Assembly (NCBI GenBank): GCA_051530055.1
Contig: CM121342.1
Location: 8,006,691 to 8,070,690 of the forward strand
Direction of reading: 5' to 3'
DNA: 64,000 bases
Origin: Neoechinorhynchus agilis
Taxonomy: Eukaryota; Animalia; Acanthocephala
The notes under the pieces are model-generated. The model saw only the letters and a list, made by a program, of their open reading frames with translations, did no database searches and was not told where the DNA came from. How positions within the stretch are numbered: position 1 is the first letter of the stretch; every line of letters begins with the position of its first letter. Below are positions 34,746 through 48,215 of the stretch, piece after piece. Position numbers and translations under genes: made by a program.

Positions 34746-34846
34746 GCATACATAATTTATAGTTTCTTCAACGCTCCTATTCATCGGCGCGGGCCAAAAT
34801 GCTAGCCGCATTGCCCCGCTGCACCGCAATGCTTATTTTTTGCGCC
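34746..34846. repeat. Second copy of the 101-bp repeat
   Basis: Reverse complement of 18217-18317. Confidence 0.9.
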
Positions 34847-35081
34847 AAGAACGACGTCGATCTTGGCTCTCCAGTCGCCGCGTAAATTCGTTTCCCCCTA
34901 GTGGGCGAAGGTCAAATAACCGCAACGTCACTTATGAAATGTGAAACTTAAATTTCTAAGCTCACTGCTTCACCTATGGATCGATTTAAATGGAAGTTTA
35001 AATTCAATCAAACAATGAAACTAACTCAGTATTTTGCCATACACAAACCTTAAACCCTTTCCAATGGCCTTGATTTTATTA

Positions 35082-35972
35082 TCATGTGCACCAGTCGTAC
35101 TGATAATCCACATTCTCTCGCTCTTCTTTGATTCTATCAATCAAAATGGAACGATATTGCGAATACAATGGGCACTTATCAGTAGAATAATTTTTAATAG
35201 CTTTGTATATATTCAAAAGCCCTGGATCGATTCCAATATCATCGGCCTTATTCCAAAACTCGATTTTTGAGTCCTTAACCATTTTATGATACACTCTTCT
35301 GTCCTTATTATCAGGATTTTCGAAGCTATTCCAAGGTAAAGTCCTATGCATGAGTTCAGTCGCGACGTAAAGACAAGACTCCACATCGTCTATATAAGAA
35401 ACTCTTCTTTCTGCAAGCATTCTAATACTTGCATACGACGGAGTTCCTATAAAGAAACTCTTCCGCCCAACAAGACCGTCTGCACTCGTAACCCGGCTTA
35501 CAAATCCCATATCGATAATTCTTAGTAAGTGAGCACTTGGTCCTAAGCCCATGACGAAGTTATGCGGCTTAATGTCCCGATGAACGAGTCGATGTTGATT
35601 CAGGCATTGAAGACAGTCTAGCATTTGAATAAGAAGAACGTAGGTTGTTTTTAGACTAAACTGTCTCCCTAGATAGATGAACAATTGGTTCAAATTCGGA
35701 CCGAGTAGCTCCATGACCATTGCTACTTTCTTCGGAGTTTCAATCCATTCAATCACCTGAGGAAACACTGGATGTCTAAGACGACTAAGGAGCTCGTATT
35801 CAGTACGCAATTGAGGATACTTGATTCCTTTCTCTTCAACCTTCATTGCGTACAGTTTTCGATTGAACCAACAACAAGATTTGGCTTGTTGTACAAGGTA
35901 AACTCGCCCAAAAGTACCCGATCCAAGATCTTTTTTCTTCGTGTATCTATCGAAAATGCCCCCTGCATGCAT
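35082..35972 (-). CDS. Divergent casein kinase 1-family kinase, intronless
   Basis: LGSGTFGRVY, AMKVE, PQLRTEY, VMELLGPNL, FSLKT, HRDIKPHN, IDMG, GTPSYAS, DDVES. Confidence 0.92.
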   Translation of the reverse strand: MHAGGIFDRYTKKKDLGSGTFGRVYLVQQAKSCCWFNRKLYAMKVEEKGIKYPQLRTEYELLSRLRHPVFPQVIEWIETPKKVAMVMELLGPNLNQLFIYLGRQFSLKTTYVLLIQMLDCLQCLNQHRLVHRDIKPHNFVMGLGPSAHLLRIIDMGFVSRVTSADGLVGRKSFFIGTPSYASIRMLAERRVSYIDDVESCLYVATELMHRTLPWNSFENPDNKDRRVYHKMVKDSKIEFWNKADDIGIDPGLLNIYKAIKNYSTDKCPLYSQYRSILIDRIKEERENVDYQYDWCT

Positions 35973-36123
35973 ATCGTCGCCTCCTAGACGAAAAAACTCA
36001 CGGAATCCTATCTCGTATCTATGACAACGCGCACTCGAATGACACTATTTATTTAACTGATCACATGCCAGCGCAAAAAATATGAACATCTCGCGCGCCC
36101 ACGTTTGTACAAAAACGGCCATT

Positions 36124-39100
36124 TTAACGGTTCATAAACTTTAAGGGTAATACTCCAATCGATTCATGCAAATCCGGTCGAAGACTCGACCTTCTCCATT
36201 GATCTTCCGAACGCTCAACGCTAAGACTAACCGTAGATTTGTGTTTGTTCATCTTACAACAAGAATTCTAAATTCTTTTTCCAAAAAAAATCTACTCACG
36301 TCTGTAGCAAAGCTAAATAATCTTGCTGCCATGTAATTGAGCTGTTTTGGTTGGCAAGAGTGCGCTGCCTTCATTTCCGATATGGCGTTCAACCAAGCCA
36401 ATCTTTCCTCAGGACTATTGAACCAAAGACACACTTTTTGCGTTTGCTTTATTGTCAAATCCAGCCTAACTATTGCGTCTCGAATCGCTTCTGCTTTTAC
36501 TTCGCCCTTTACAACCGATTCGTTCCGGTTCTTGAGGCTCCTAACTTCCTTCACCAACTCCTGAAAATTATTGCACAATTTTTTTTCAAAGGCGGAAATC
36601 TGCAATTGCTTAACAAAAACTCAAAGTGCAATCTTGAGTATTCTGATTCTACAATGTAAACAATGAAATTTCAAATCCGAGCAGCGTTACTTTTGAAAAT
36701 ATTCACAAAAAAGTGCAATAAAAAATTCGCTACCGAAACTTAAATTCATAAAGTAAAACTGTCAAAAAAACTCCATTTTGAATGAATTGTTTCGTAACCG
36801 TAGAAAATATTCACCAAAAAGTGCATTAAAAATTACGCGTCTTATTTTTTATTTTTAAAGTAATACTAACAAAAAAGAACTCCATTTTGAATGAATAGTT
36901 TCGTAACTTTTGAAAATATTCATAAAAAAGTGCAATAAAAATTACGCATCTTATTTTTTATTTATAAAGTAAAACTGACAAAAAAGAACTCCATTTTGAA
37001 TGAATAGTTTCGTAACTTTTGAAAATATTCATAAAAAATGCAATAAAAATTACGCTACTGAAATTTAAATTCATAAGTAAAACTGACAAAAAAGAACTCC
37101 ATTTTGAATGAATAGTTTCGTATCCGTAGAAAATATTCACCAAGAAGTGCAATAAAAATTACGCATCTTTTTTTATTTATAAAGTAAAACTGACAAAAGA
37201 ACTCCATTTTGAATGAATAGTTTCGTAACTTTTGAAAATATTCATAAAAAAGTGCAATAAAAGTTACACATCTGATTTTTTATTTATAAAGTAAAACTGA
37301 CAAAAAAGAACTCCATTTTGAATGAATAGTTTCGTAACTATTGAAAATATTCATAAAAAAGTGCAATAAAAAATTCGCTACTAAAATTTAAATTCATAAG
37401 TGAAACTGACGAAAAACCATTTTGAATGAAGTTTTGTAACCGTAGAAAATATTCATCAAAAAGTGCAATAAAAATTACGCATCTTTTTTTATTTATAAAG
37501 TAAAACTGACAAAAAAGAACTCCATTTTGAATGAATTGTTTCGTAACCAAAAAGCGAAATAGAAATTTCGGTTCTGAATTCTTGATTGCTGTAGATTCTT
37601 CGAAATTACTTATCATACTTTGATGTGTTATAAAACGAACTGTTATGTCAAAATGGAGCATCTAAGTTTGTTTATATACACCAACATCAGTGCTCAACGC
37701 CTTCTCCGTTTCAGGAATGCAGACTTCTCGCTTATCTAAGAGCGTTCAGGATAAACTTGTCATGCATCGAAGCGAGAGCTTCTTTGGACTCGTTTTCCCA
37801 CAAACGTACGACCTCGTCTACAGTTCCTATTATTTTGCTAGGACGGGTTTTCCCTATAAAGACTCTGAGCAAAGCACACTGAGCTCAATTTTCTCATAAA
37901 ATTAGTGATAAACATTGCATTAATATTCTGTTTTTAATTTTAATGTGTAAACTCACAATTTGGAGGCATCGAAAAAGGACATAAAAATGGTAAGTCGCAT
38001 GTTAATGTTTCCTTTCACGAGCAACTCTTAACTCTATAAAGCCATAGAGCTTGGAGTTAAGTCACAGTTTTTTGATCAAAAGGTCGTTTTTCATAAGAAA
38101 TGAATAACCTTTCTGTTTAGTAAAGATTCACAATAAACTTGGAGAGATAGAGGCACTTCAAAATGGACGCAACCTACGAGGATTCTTTGCAGTAAGTAAT
38201 CACGGAAACATTAAGTGTTCCGTCTATATGAGTTTCGCGTTGTTGTTACGAGATAACGGGGCTATTTAGCGAATCAACGAACGTTTTCGCTCTTTCAGAT
38301 GAGCGAGCAAAGCTCTGGGTTAATTTCGCCAAGCAGCCATAAAGCAAAAAACCTCTCCGGTGTCGCTTTTTTGAATGATTTTACTTACATCACAAGGAGT
38401 ATTGAGCCTCAATAATAATTCTTCGACTTGATGCAAAATCGCATTGTCACTAATACAATGGTACTTTGACAGCAGTGACTGGTACGCGGTTGTATTCATT
38501 ACTAAGGTGGCACGACAGGTATATCATTTATAAAAGGTACATGGAGCAAAGTTTACCTTCATACTGAACATCATCGATCTTTTCCTTCAGCCTTAGGTTA
38601 TGTTCTCGTTTGCCAAATTGCATGTCACACGATTCCGGCCTTGATATATTGTGATGGATTCTTAAGGAAACAAAAACTCACTGTCTAGCACTCATGCTTG
38701 GTTTTCTAGAAAGCAGCCCAGTCCGACGTTTCCGTGAAGTCAGGACTATGTATTGTCCGATAATAAATAGACTCCCTTCTCGTCGTTTTTCTCCATTGAT
38801 TGAATAGGTTACTTTTGCTGTCATATTGTAAGACACTCCTCCATAGGGTTCCTATTTAAATTCACGTTTTAGTTGGGTTTAAGAATAAATTTTTATTAAA
38901 AACCTCTAAAGGTGGACTAGTTAAAAAGACGGAAACGGATCTCGGTCGTAGGGGAACCCCACCGAACTCAGCATCGTATTGTTCGCATCGACGGAAATCC
39001 TTTGATTTCCTCCCGATAATAAAATCCCAAATATCTCGAATATCATCACGAATACTATGCATTAGTCTTATCCTCTTAAAACAAGTTTCCTTGTCTTCAC

Positions 39101-41273
39101 GGTTATATACGCGCCAGCACCAGACAATCTTCTGCTACTAGCATCTTACATCCGGAAATCCGATCGACTTGATCTAGGATTAAGCGAACTGAACAAAGGC
39201 TGAAATGCCACCCGGGGATGTAGGCTAAATACGAATTTCTCCTTCCCTCCTCTCACGCACTACTTGTAAAAAAGGAACTACTTTGATTTGCATAAAACTC
39301 AAGCAGATCTCATCTTAGCGTGCAATGACGACTCACCAAGTCGATGCCAGCGATGACTTCATCGAGGCTCACTTCCGGCTCAAGGGTGGCATTGGCGTCT
39401 TTTGCCTCGTCAATATTAACAGCCAATGAATGTATTCCCTCAAGAGCGTCTCTTAACAAAGGAGCATCCGCATGCGATTGAGCTGTGTGTTTTATCAAGT
39501 CCTAAAAATATGTCACTCAGTATTAATTGGGCCGAAAGGATAATGAAAAACCTTTAGAAATAGTTCGTAGCGAGGAATTCGTTGAACTGGCTGGATTAGC
39601 AGATCCATTAGAGCTAATTTACGTTCATTGTCTTTAGCTTGATTCTGAACGTTTTTAGAATGATTTTTTTCCTGGCAAACAGAAGCTTACTTCAAGGAAT
39701 TTCGCGAAGGCAGGGATTTCCTTACACGTTTTTAGGACTTCTTGAGATCGTAGAAAATTTCCGATAAATCCGACGTACGTCTCCAGTAGCGAAGATTTTG
39801 TGAACTTAAGAATTGCTCGTTATTATTGCTAAAATATCGAATACTCACTGTATTAAAAATGATTTCACCGATAGTTTCTTTGTCGTTCCACCGTTCAATT
39901 TTCTTTTTATAGGAAAATAAAAATAGTTGATGGTGAACATGAATTTCCGGAATCTTATAGAAAATATCATTTAAATTCTGTAGACTAATTAAATGTTTTT
40001 CCTTCAGTGGAAGGTAGTATTTCTAAAGATTGATTGTGTTTTTTTTGTCAGCAAAAAATACACGTGACTCACCATTACTAAGGCACTCAATGAATCAACA
40101 TAAGATTTTTCGGCTTCATACAATTCGAGTACAATTGCCCGTCGTTTTATCTATTCATTAATGAGTATCTTAAGTTGTAATTTAAGAGCGGATATACTTT
40201 ATTTAACTCTGTTCGTGTCATATTCTGGATATGTTTCGACTTGAACAGCATCATTATTAAAAAAAATTCCCGGAAAGGGGCAAATGAAGCTAAAGATACT
40301 TAAGGTCTTCGGTGGATTTCGTTGTCGCGGATGAAATATATTGCATCTATCGACTTTTTATCGTTTATGATTCGTTGTAAACGCATTGGAAGGCTGGGAA
40401 CATGATTAATTCCGGGTGATCGACATGGCGTACTCTACTGATAACGTTAGATTATCTACGCTAAAGACATTTTCGATGCGATCCTCTTCATCTGTTCAGG
40501 GGAGGCAAAATAGAAAAAACAGTCATTACTGAGGGTGGAGGGGGGTGACTAAGAACGTAGTTTCATTTGTTTGAACTTACATGTTCTTGCATTGGTCTCA
40601 GACCTTCGTTTACTTTGAGGGCGGGTGTTAACACGGCAACGTCCACTGTGCTCAATAGATGATCTTTTCGTTCAATAATGCCATTTCGTTCATCATCTGT
40701 GGGTTTTGTCTCTAACGACGCGAGCTCGTTCATCTCCGCATTCTCGGTGGGGTGTTCAATTGCACAAAAATCCGAATAAGCCGTCTGAATGTTGTTGTCG
40801 CTTGCAACCGTGCTTGGATCCTTGTTCTGTTCCTCCTTTTCACCGACACACCCACTGAACGTATGGGAGCGCGAGATCGACTTGCGATGTGCAGAATTCG
40901 CAGGAATCGTTGGCTCTATATTGCTGAATTGTTCTAAATTTTGATCAACTTTATTCTTTCCAAGACAATCCCAAAGAGAGAGAATAGTTGGATTTAAGAG
41001 TGGATCAGAATCCTCACGTTCCATGGTCTCGTTGCGTGAAACGTTTCGCATCGTTGAACCTGTCACGATATCAGTGCTCACCACCGTCTTTATAAGCCTA
41101 TCTTTTCTCATTAAGGATATACTGCGTTGTCTTATAAGAAACGGACTAGCTGATTTGGGCGAAACAAAGACCCGATTGGTTGACATCTTTTCGCTTAACA
41201 TTGACAACCTCCGTTGTATATCATCGACAACTGAAGACAGCTCATTCTGAGACTCCTCGGAGTCCGCTCTCAT
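36124..41273 (-). CDS. DH-PH RhoGEF most similar in pattern to ARHGEF17/ARHGEF10, multi-exon
   Basis: RRAIVLELYEAEKSYVDSL, DIFYKIPEIH.HH.LF...WNDKETIGEI, LMDLLIQPVQRIPRYEL, a PH-like end FNSPEERLAWLNAI and a long low-complexity N-terminal exon. Several exons and the true 5' end are unresolved. Confidence 0.8.
36690..37548. repeat. About 108-bp AT-rich minisatellite, 8 copies, in an intron of the RhoGEF gene
   Basis: GAAAATATTC recurs at 36695, 36803, 36912, 37021, 37129, 37234, 37343 and 37445. Confidence 0.95.
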
Positions 41274-44200
41274 GAATCAAATTATCTAAATACAAAATTC
41301 TGATCTCATGAATGTACAAATAGGATTGATGTGTTTTTTAAAAAAAAGAGGGAAAATGGCACCGAACATCTCAAAAAAGAAGACGGTGCTTTGTGGAAAC
41401 GCGCGTGATCTATCCGTCTTTAAGACCTAGAAGGTGGAATGGCAACTGATAGAAGAGAAAATGTCGTTTTTCCTTAATAATATTACAAGACATTGATAAC
41501 GCCGATCGGAGTGCATGGGAGACTCTCGATAAATGGTGCATTGATACCTAGGATTTATAGACAATGTCGACATTTCAAGAAGATGTTTGCAGGTGCATGA
41601 GGCATTAAAGGCTCTTAATTTTTAGAAAAGGAACGATGAAAAAAAGAATGCTACTAAAGTAAATACGTGTCTAAGAAGGAGATTTAAGCAATAATTGCCC
41701 TTACATCGTGCTCTTTATGATAAAACACAGATTTAGGCGAAAGCACTCGTCTGGTGCATTCGTGCTTCTTTGGTATAGGTGCCAGCAGCAACCGCATAAG
41801 AAAATAGTGGCACATTGAGTGCGAAAATCAAAATTTTTTACTTTTCGCGATAAAGTTTACAAAGAAAGCTACTTGAGTGACTTGTCGACTTTCCCTTTTG
41901 CTTAATTTGCCATAAAATCAAAAGTACGATCAAGGTTCCTGTCGCAGATTAACACCCGCTTATAGGACTATCAGCAAATGCATCTATAATTGAGCCATTA
42001 AGTCAAAAAAGATTCATATTTATGTCGAAGTTAACCTTAACAAAAGTGCTCGGGGGTTCGTAAGACTATATAACCATAGGATTGAGAATAAAGATTTCTG
42101 ACGAAATTATCGGCTTTTTTAATAGCTATGCAAACAACCGTTAAAATTTTTAAATTTAATGTTAAAAAATTAAAGCGATAACTGAGGTTCGTTTGATAAT
42201 CTCTTGACTGAAAAATATCACCACCTTTTACCTTCTCTGCAATTCCTTGAGCGCCTACTCTTAGATTTGTTTGTAGACCGAATTATCCCCTAGTTTGCCG
42301 CGACGATCATATGGTTCACAGATTAATGTTCTCAATTCTAATGGCACGCCTAGACTTCTAATTGAATCGTCGGACAACAAAATCGGGTGAAATAGATGAA
42401 ATTTCATAAACGGGCCCATCGCAGCAAATCATAATTGTAAACGATCTGGTTGAAATTAGCGTTATGCCCTAAATTGACAGCATCTCTGTCACAAGCAAAA
42501 AGGATTTCTGCGTTCCTTTTTACACGATGAACCATCGTGATTTTGTGTACACAATTTTTTGTTACTCAGCTTTCTACATTCATTATGCCCCTTTCAAATA
42601 TTCCTGCTTACATTGGAAAAAAATCATATTTACTTATAATTTCTTTTATTAAATTGAGGATATATGTTGAGTTTACAAAAAAAAATTTAAACGGTAAACG
42701 TTGAAATGTCAATGTATCATTTTTGATGATTGCCGTAATCTGTAAAATATCACGTACTTTGTCTTTTCCGGCCTACTTTATCAAGTCAAATGAAGATTTA
42801 TTAGTTCGACTTTTCTTGAGTAAAGCAACTTAAAGAGCGACAAATGAAATTAAATAATATCTTTTCAAGCGCAATCTCGTTATATTTACATTCTAAGCGG
42901 GTATTTAAGATGATGGCATAATACGAATGGTTTTATTGAGAAATTCGATCAACTTAAGAGAGCTAATATTGTTTTGCAGCAAACTATTTTAATTTTTGTT
43001 TCATAATTATTCAGTCAATCGGAACATTAGCGAGCCTTTTGTCCGCAAAAAGATCAATGGTAGAGTCGCTGGCAACTTTAAAAACATTTTAAATGTGTCG
43101 TTCTTTAGAATCTTTTGTAGCCGAAACTGAGGAGTACGTTTCGGGAGTATTTTGAGTAGTTTTAGGAAGCCAATCAACTGGGAAATCGTTAAATCCGACA
43201 TTACCGAGCCGCTCTTTGTTACCGAGCAGATAGACGGAGAAGCATATTTACGGTATATCGGGATTTTGCATGAAAAGTGACTGACTAGTCGTATACCAAG
43301 AGATGTGCTCGTTAAGCATATGAGTTTTCCCCAATGAATGTAAGAGAATGTCAGGGTTAGCAGAGCTTCCACTCGATGGAATTATGGATATGCTTATCGT
43401 AGAAGCTTTCAGCCATTCGAATACTCATGATTTCGCATTTTCAGTGTTAGCGGATCGCTATGACCTCTTATTATTAGCGCGCATTTTATGCCATCTTCTT
43501 AGATGTCCTAAAAAATCGTTTTTTTCTGTATGCTCGCTTCTTTTTACGAAAGGAGGATCGAATCGATTTAGTATGTGAAATGGTAATGTTTCATAAGATC
43601 AATTACCCTTTAGCCTGCCTTCGTTTGCGATCTAAATGGTCGACAAACTTTCCTAAATATTTTTACTCAATAGTGCAGGTATTTGATGTTAATATATTTC
43701 CTAACGTTGCCTGCACCTCAACGCCGACTTACTCATCGTTTCATCACTGTCTAATCCAAACCTTTTAATTTGATCTCTGCTAAATTTAAACGTTTAAATC
43801 TTCATGGATGAAACTTAGATTCTGATTAGGTCAATTTTGAAGAAAAAACGATTAAGAGTCGTTTTCTAAGCACAATATTTAGTCGTATACACGCCGCCCA
43901 AATCTATTTAACCGTCGCAGAGAAGCCGTTTTATATGTTCATCACTGGATTCCAATACTAACCATTTATTACTTATCATTTCTCGAAGATTTTATAACGA
44001 TTTGGACCATCACCGAAAAATGGGCCGCTAAAAATTTAATTTGCAGTTGTGAATTCGAATACACAGAATCAATTTATAATAAGAATGAATATGGAAATAC
44101 AGAGGCTGGCTTTTAGTTCGAATAGATGAGATTATGTGATCGTCCAAAAATAGCCCAGCAACCCAAAGGCAATTCGGTTCTAAAATCAAATATCTTTTGT

Positions 44201-44802
44201 ACAACCTAATTTAATTTCACAAGAATATTTTTAAGTCCCCTTAGTTTATATATTGAAAATAACAGCTTTTAAATTTTTAGGCTAAATTTCAGAAAATACC
44301 TTTTCTTAAGCAAGTCTCTTAACAATTCTGATAGGTTAGAATATTTTCTAAGCTTCAATCCTCAAAGGCATTTTATCATATATTTGCACATTTAATCATA
44401 TCAAGAAGATCCTTTGGGATGGTAAATATTTAATGGTTTTTGAACATAATCCTGGTTCAAGATTCCTTTATTATTAAATATTTCACGGGGAAACCTCCCC
44501 TCATTGGTCATTGTAAATTGTTTCGAGATAAAATTGAAAGTAATAAAGCTGTTTTTCACAGTGAGAGTTCTTTAGCGATGAGTTTTCCTCTTTCGATATA
44601 TTTCATAATAATGCAGGAATCTTGAACCGAGATTATGTTCACCGCCATCCAATATTTGCACACTTTTCGTGGAATTTTTTTAAATTACAAAGAAAATTCT
44701 GAATTCCTTCTCAAACATAAAATCTAAACAGCTCAGAAGCAACCGATCCAATACACTAAGAATCAATTATTTGACAAGATACATCGGATAATATTCATTC
44801 AA

Positions 44803-47653
44803 TTACACGAGAGTAGTTTGTTCAACATTAATACAGTATTCTCCATTCGGCAACGAAGCAGTGGACTTCTTGCTCCTTAAGGGAGGAACGGTACCTGTTA
44901 ATGATGAAACGGATTTTCTTGGATACAGTAGCCTCGGTATAATGAAATCGTTAGTGAGCGCTTGATTACAATTGTCTCTGTCATTTTGAGCGGATAAAGC
45001 ACTTCGAAAACTAGGACTTCTTTTGACCTCATTTTTGTTCTTAAAAGGATGACTCGTCCAGGACCACCGTTTGTGCTCATCTATGTGAGTTATCCGCTTC
45101 CTTATCGCATGAAGCTATACGATTAAACATGGACAAATTTTGAATTTTTCTCTAAATGTTTTACCTGTTCATTCAGCCGAGTATACATATGAAATCTGAC
45201 CGATAAGAGATAGTGATGAACCGAAATTACAGGACATTTACTCGAATCTCCTTGTATATAATCTTTGTGTAAAACAAGCCAGTGCTTTGAGTGTTCACTT
45301 AAATTCTCAAGACAAACGAGTTCCAGTTTGTTAAGCTGCAGATCTGCATGGTAAAAATCTTCATGGACATTAGAGGTGAGATCAAGCCGCTGTCTTAATC
45401 GCCAAAGATTGAATGCTTCCATTCTTTTAAGAATGGCTTTCCGCGCTTCGAATAGTTTTCTAAGCTTCCCTTCACAAATGCACTCGCTGTTCAATGCCGA
45501 ACAGTTGGATAATTTGCGGTGTAGTTGGAGTTTACTAGAAAAGATCTCCTCAAACGCTGATCGCGTGTTAGGCGAGACTTTAAGATTCAAGAGGTAGAAC
45601 TTGTGCTGATGAACGCAGCATTGCCAAATAAAGTAAGCAACAACGCTCGATTTCGCAAACCAGTTGTATTGATGACTAATGAAAATGGATTTTTTAAACG
45701 TGAGTTTTTTGGTGGGCTAACTTTTGAAATAAACTTCCATTCCCAAATGAAAGGATCCGGTTGGATGGCTTTGCTTGTAAGCAAAATCGACGATGTCGGC
45801 AGTAAAAGTTTTGAATATTTATCCAGTGAAAATTCTTTGAATTACATTGAGTAGTTTGGTGATAGAAATCTATTTTAAATACGTACCATTTTGAAGGTAT
45901 TTGAACGATGGTCATATAACGCAACACCCAATCGTCCAATCGCCAGAGAAAATGGACGACTTTTTCTACAATCTTCATTACGCTCTTTATCGGAATCAAG
46001 AGCACCATTGAACGTCTATTAAAATAAAGCAGAGAGCAATTTTTCGGAAGGATTTTATGGCCTTAAGAAACTTATAATATTCGTAAGATTTAAACCAAAA
46101 TTGCTCAAATCTCGAACGCTTCAGCAATTCCCTTTTTTCCACTTTATAATAAAGACTTACCTCAACGTTAAACATGTGATATCCATAAGTAGACGCAGAT
46201 CGACGAACTGTTCGTAGGAATCTTTAAAGAATGTCTGAAGATTTTGTAATTAAAAAGAAATATAAACCTGAAGCATGCAGCGGCTTGACACAAACCAGCC
46301 AGCGATTTGTACATGGCAACCACTTCATCTATGCTGTTATAAGAAGTAATGTCATTGAAAAGAGATATCCTTTTTGAATTTTTATATTTATTCTACTTTA
46401 TTTAAACATGAAGCGCTTTCCACAAAGGTCGCATTGTTAAAAAATGACAATAAAAAATGATCATTCGTGTTATTTCGGTAGAGGTTTCCATTAAAATCGT
46501 AATCTAATCAGATCTTAAATTTGTAGACTTAATTATAATTTTTCTAAATTTTATGGTGGACTTAATCAATTTTTTGCTTATGAATAGAGGATTCTCAACA
46601 CTTTAAACGAGGTTGTCAATTAAATTTTTAGATATCTAGATTTTTTAGAACTTCCTTTCTATAAATAGTTGATCTCCGTATTTTGTTCCAAAAACTCAAT
46701 GAAAATTTAAAATTTCAAGATTGGCGATTATTTAGATAAGCAATTACTGCCGAAAGGGAAAAACTTAATAAACTTTAAAGAGATGCGGAAATGTACACGT
46801 TGACCATCAAAGTTTGCTTCGAATTTCAGCTTAGCCTTCATGAAAATCTACAAAAAGTTCAACATTAATAACGGTATTTCTTTTGCCGTATATAATTCCA
46901 CAGCAATCCTTCCTTTGCCGAAGACTGCAGAAAGTGATTATAAATTAGAAAAACTTAAAGAATTTAGGTTCCTATGAAAAACTCACCAATCTGTTGATCC
47001 TTTGCAACATGCGTCAGCCAACATAAAACTGACGAATTCACCAGTCTCAAAAATACATTTTTCCAAATTTTCACAACTGCTTGTTGTTCATAGGTGAAAG
47101 TTGAAGTTTGGAAAAATGTAAAACAATACTTTTTAAAATCTCCTAATTCCATCTGAAGCTCCAAAGCAGCTAAAGTGATTGAATCCACAGCTTCGTCTGT
47201 TTGAAGGTCACCGCTCAACAGTTTTTCTCTGGCATCAAAATAAAACAAGGACATTGCCACTTGGTCTGCGACTATAGAAAATAACGATTCTGGATGATAC
47301 CTTTTAAAAATACCGTTATCCTTAAAACGTAAACATGCACTAACATTTGCTTCAATTTAAAATCGATCACCATTTTATCGTTTGAAATAAAATTGAACGA
47401 TGATATTGGTTTGCTAAGAGGTAGAAGCCAGTACTCCTCGCCTGCATCTTTTACTTGCAGTCCAAAGAATTCACTCAATCGCAACCCGATATCGTCAGCA
47501 ACTTCAATCAGCAAATCTCGAGCGGAATAATCGTCCTTCGATAAAATTGATTAATTCGCATTATGCCAAAACTTCAGGCACATTAAAATGTACCTTCAAC
47601 TCGATATCTATGCTATCAGCATTGTAAACTTCAATCCTAGCAGTTCGCTTCAT
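44803..47653 (-). CDS. FERM-domain protein with coiled-coil-like C-terminal region (possibly FRMD4-like), multi-exon
   Basis: ARDLLIEVADDIGLRLSEFFGL...YWL (F1 lobe) and LFYFDAREKLLSG...TLAALELQMELGDF (F2 lobe). The last exon is joined through a 50-nt GT-AG intron. Subfamily uncertain. Confidence 0.75.
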
Positions 47654-48215
47654 TTGTGAAGCATTTGAGATCGATCGTTGCATTCAATTGAAATAAAAAT
47701 CTGTAAACATCAAATTTAAATCGGTTTGAGTTTAAGGCGCAGACTGTTTTCCGTGATGTTTTTACCTTGTTACCCCGGAAGGACGGCTCGCTAAGTGAGT
47801 CATTCGCGAAAGCCTATAGAGAATATTCGCATTGAAAACTCGGAGAGTATGAATAAAAAAGATTGGTATTTTCTTACAATGGGAATCATTGACGAACATA
47901 TTGCAGGATCGAAAACCAAGGAAGCAATTGCTTGGTAAATATTATCGCTGAATGCGGGAAATTATAGGAAATGATTTACTCTTTTGGGAAACCAATTACG
48001 CCAACCATTCATTTCAAAATCTGCCTTTTTACAATTTTTAGGAATGCTTGCACTTCTAGATCGTAACGGTAGGACTTAGGAATAAATAGATATTGTTTAT
48101 TTTCTGAAATTTTTGTGAAGACTCTGAATAGTCATAAAAATATGTGAATTGAGCCCAGAGAAAATAATCTGTAATAGCAATGTCGATTTGTGAGGAGATA
48201 CCGGGATATGTGATT

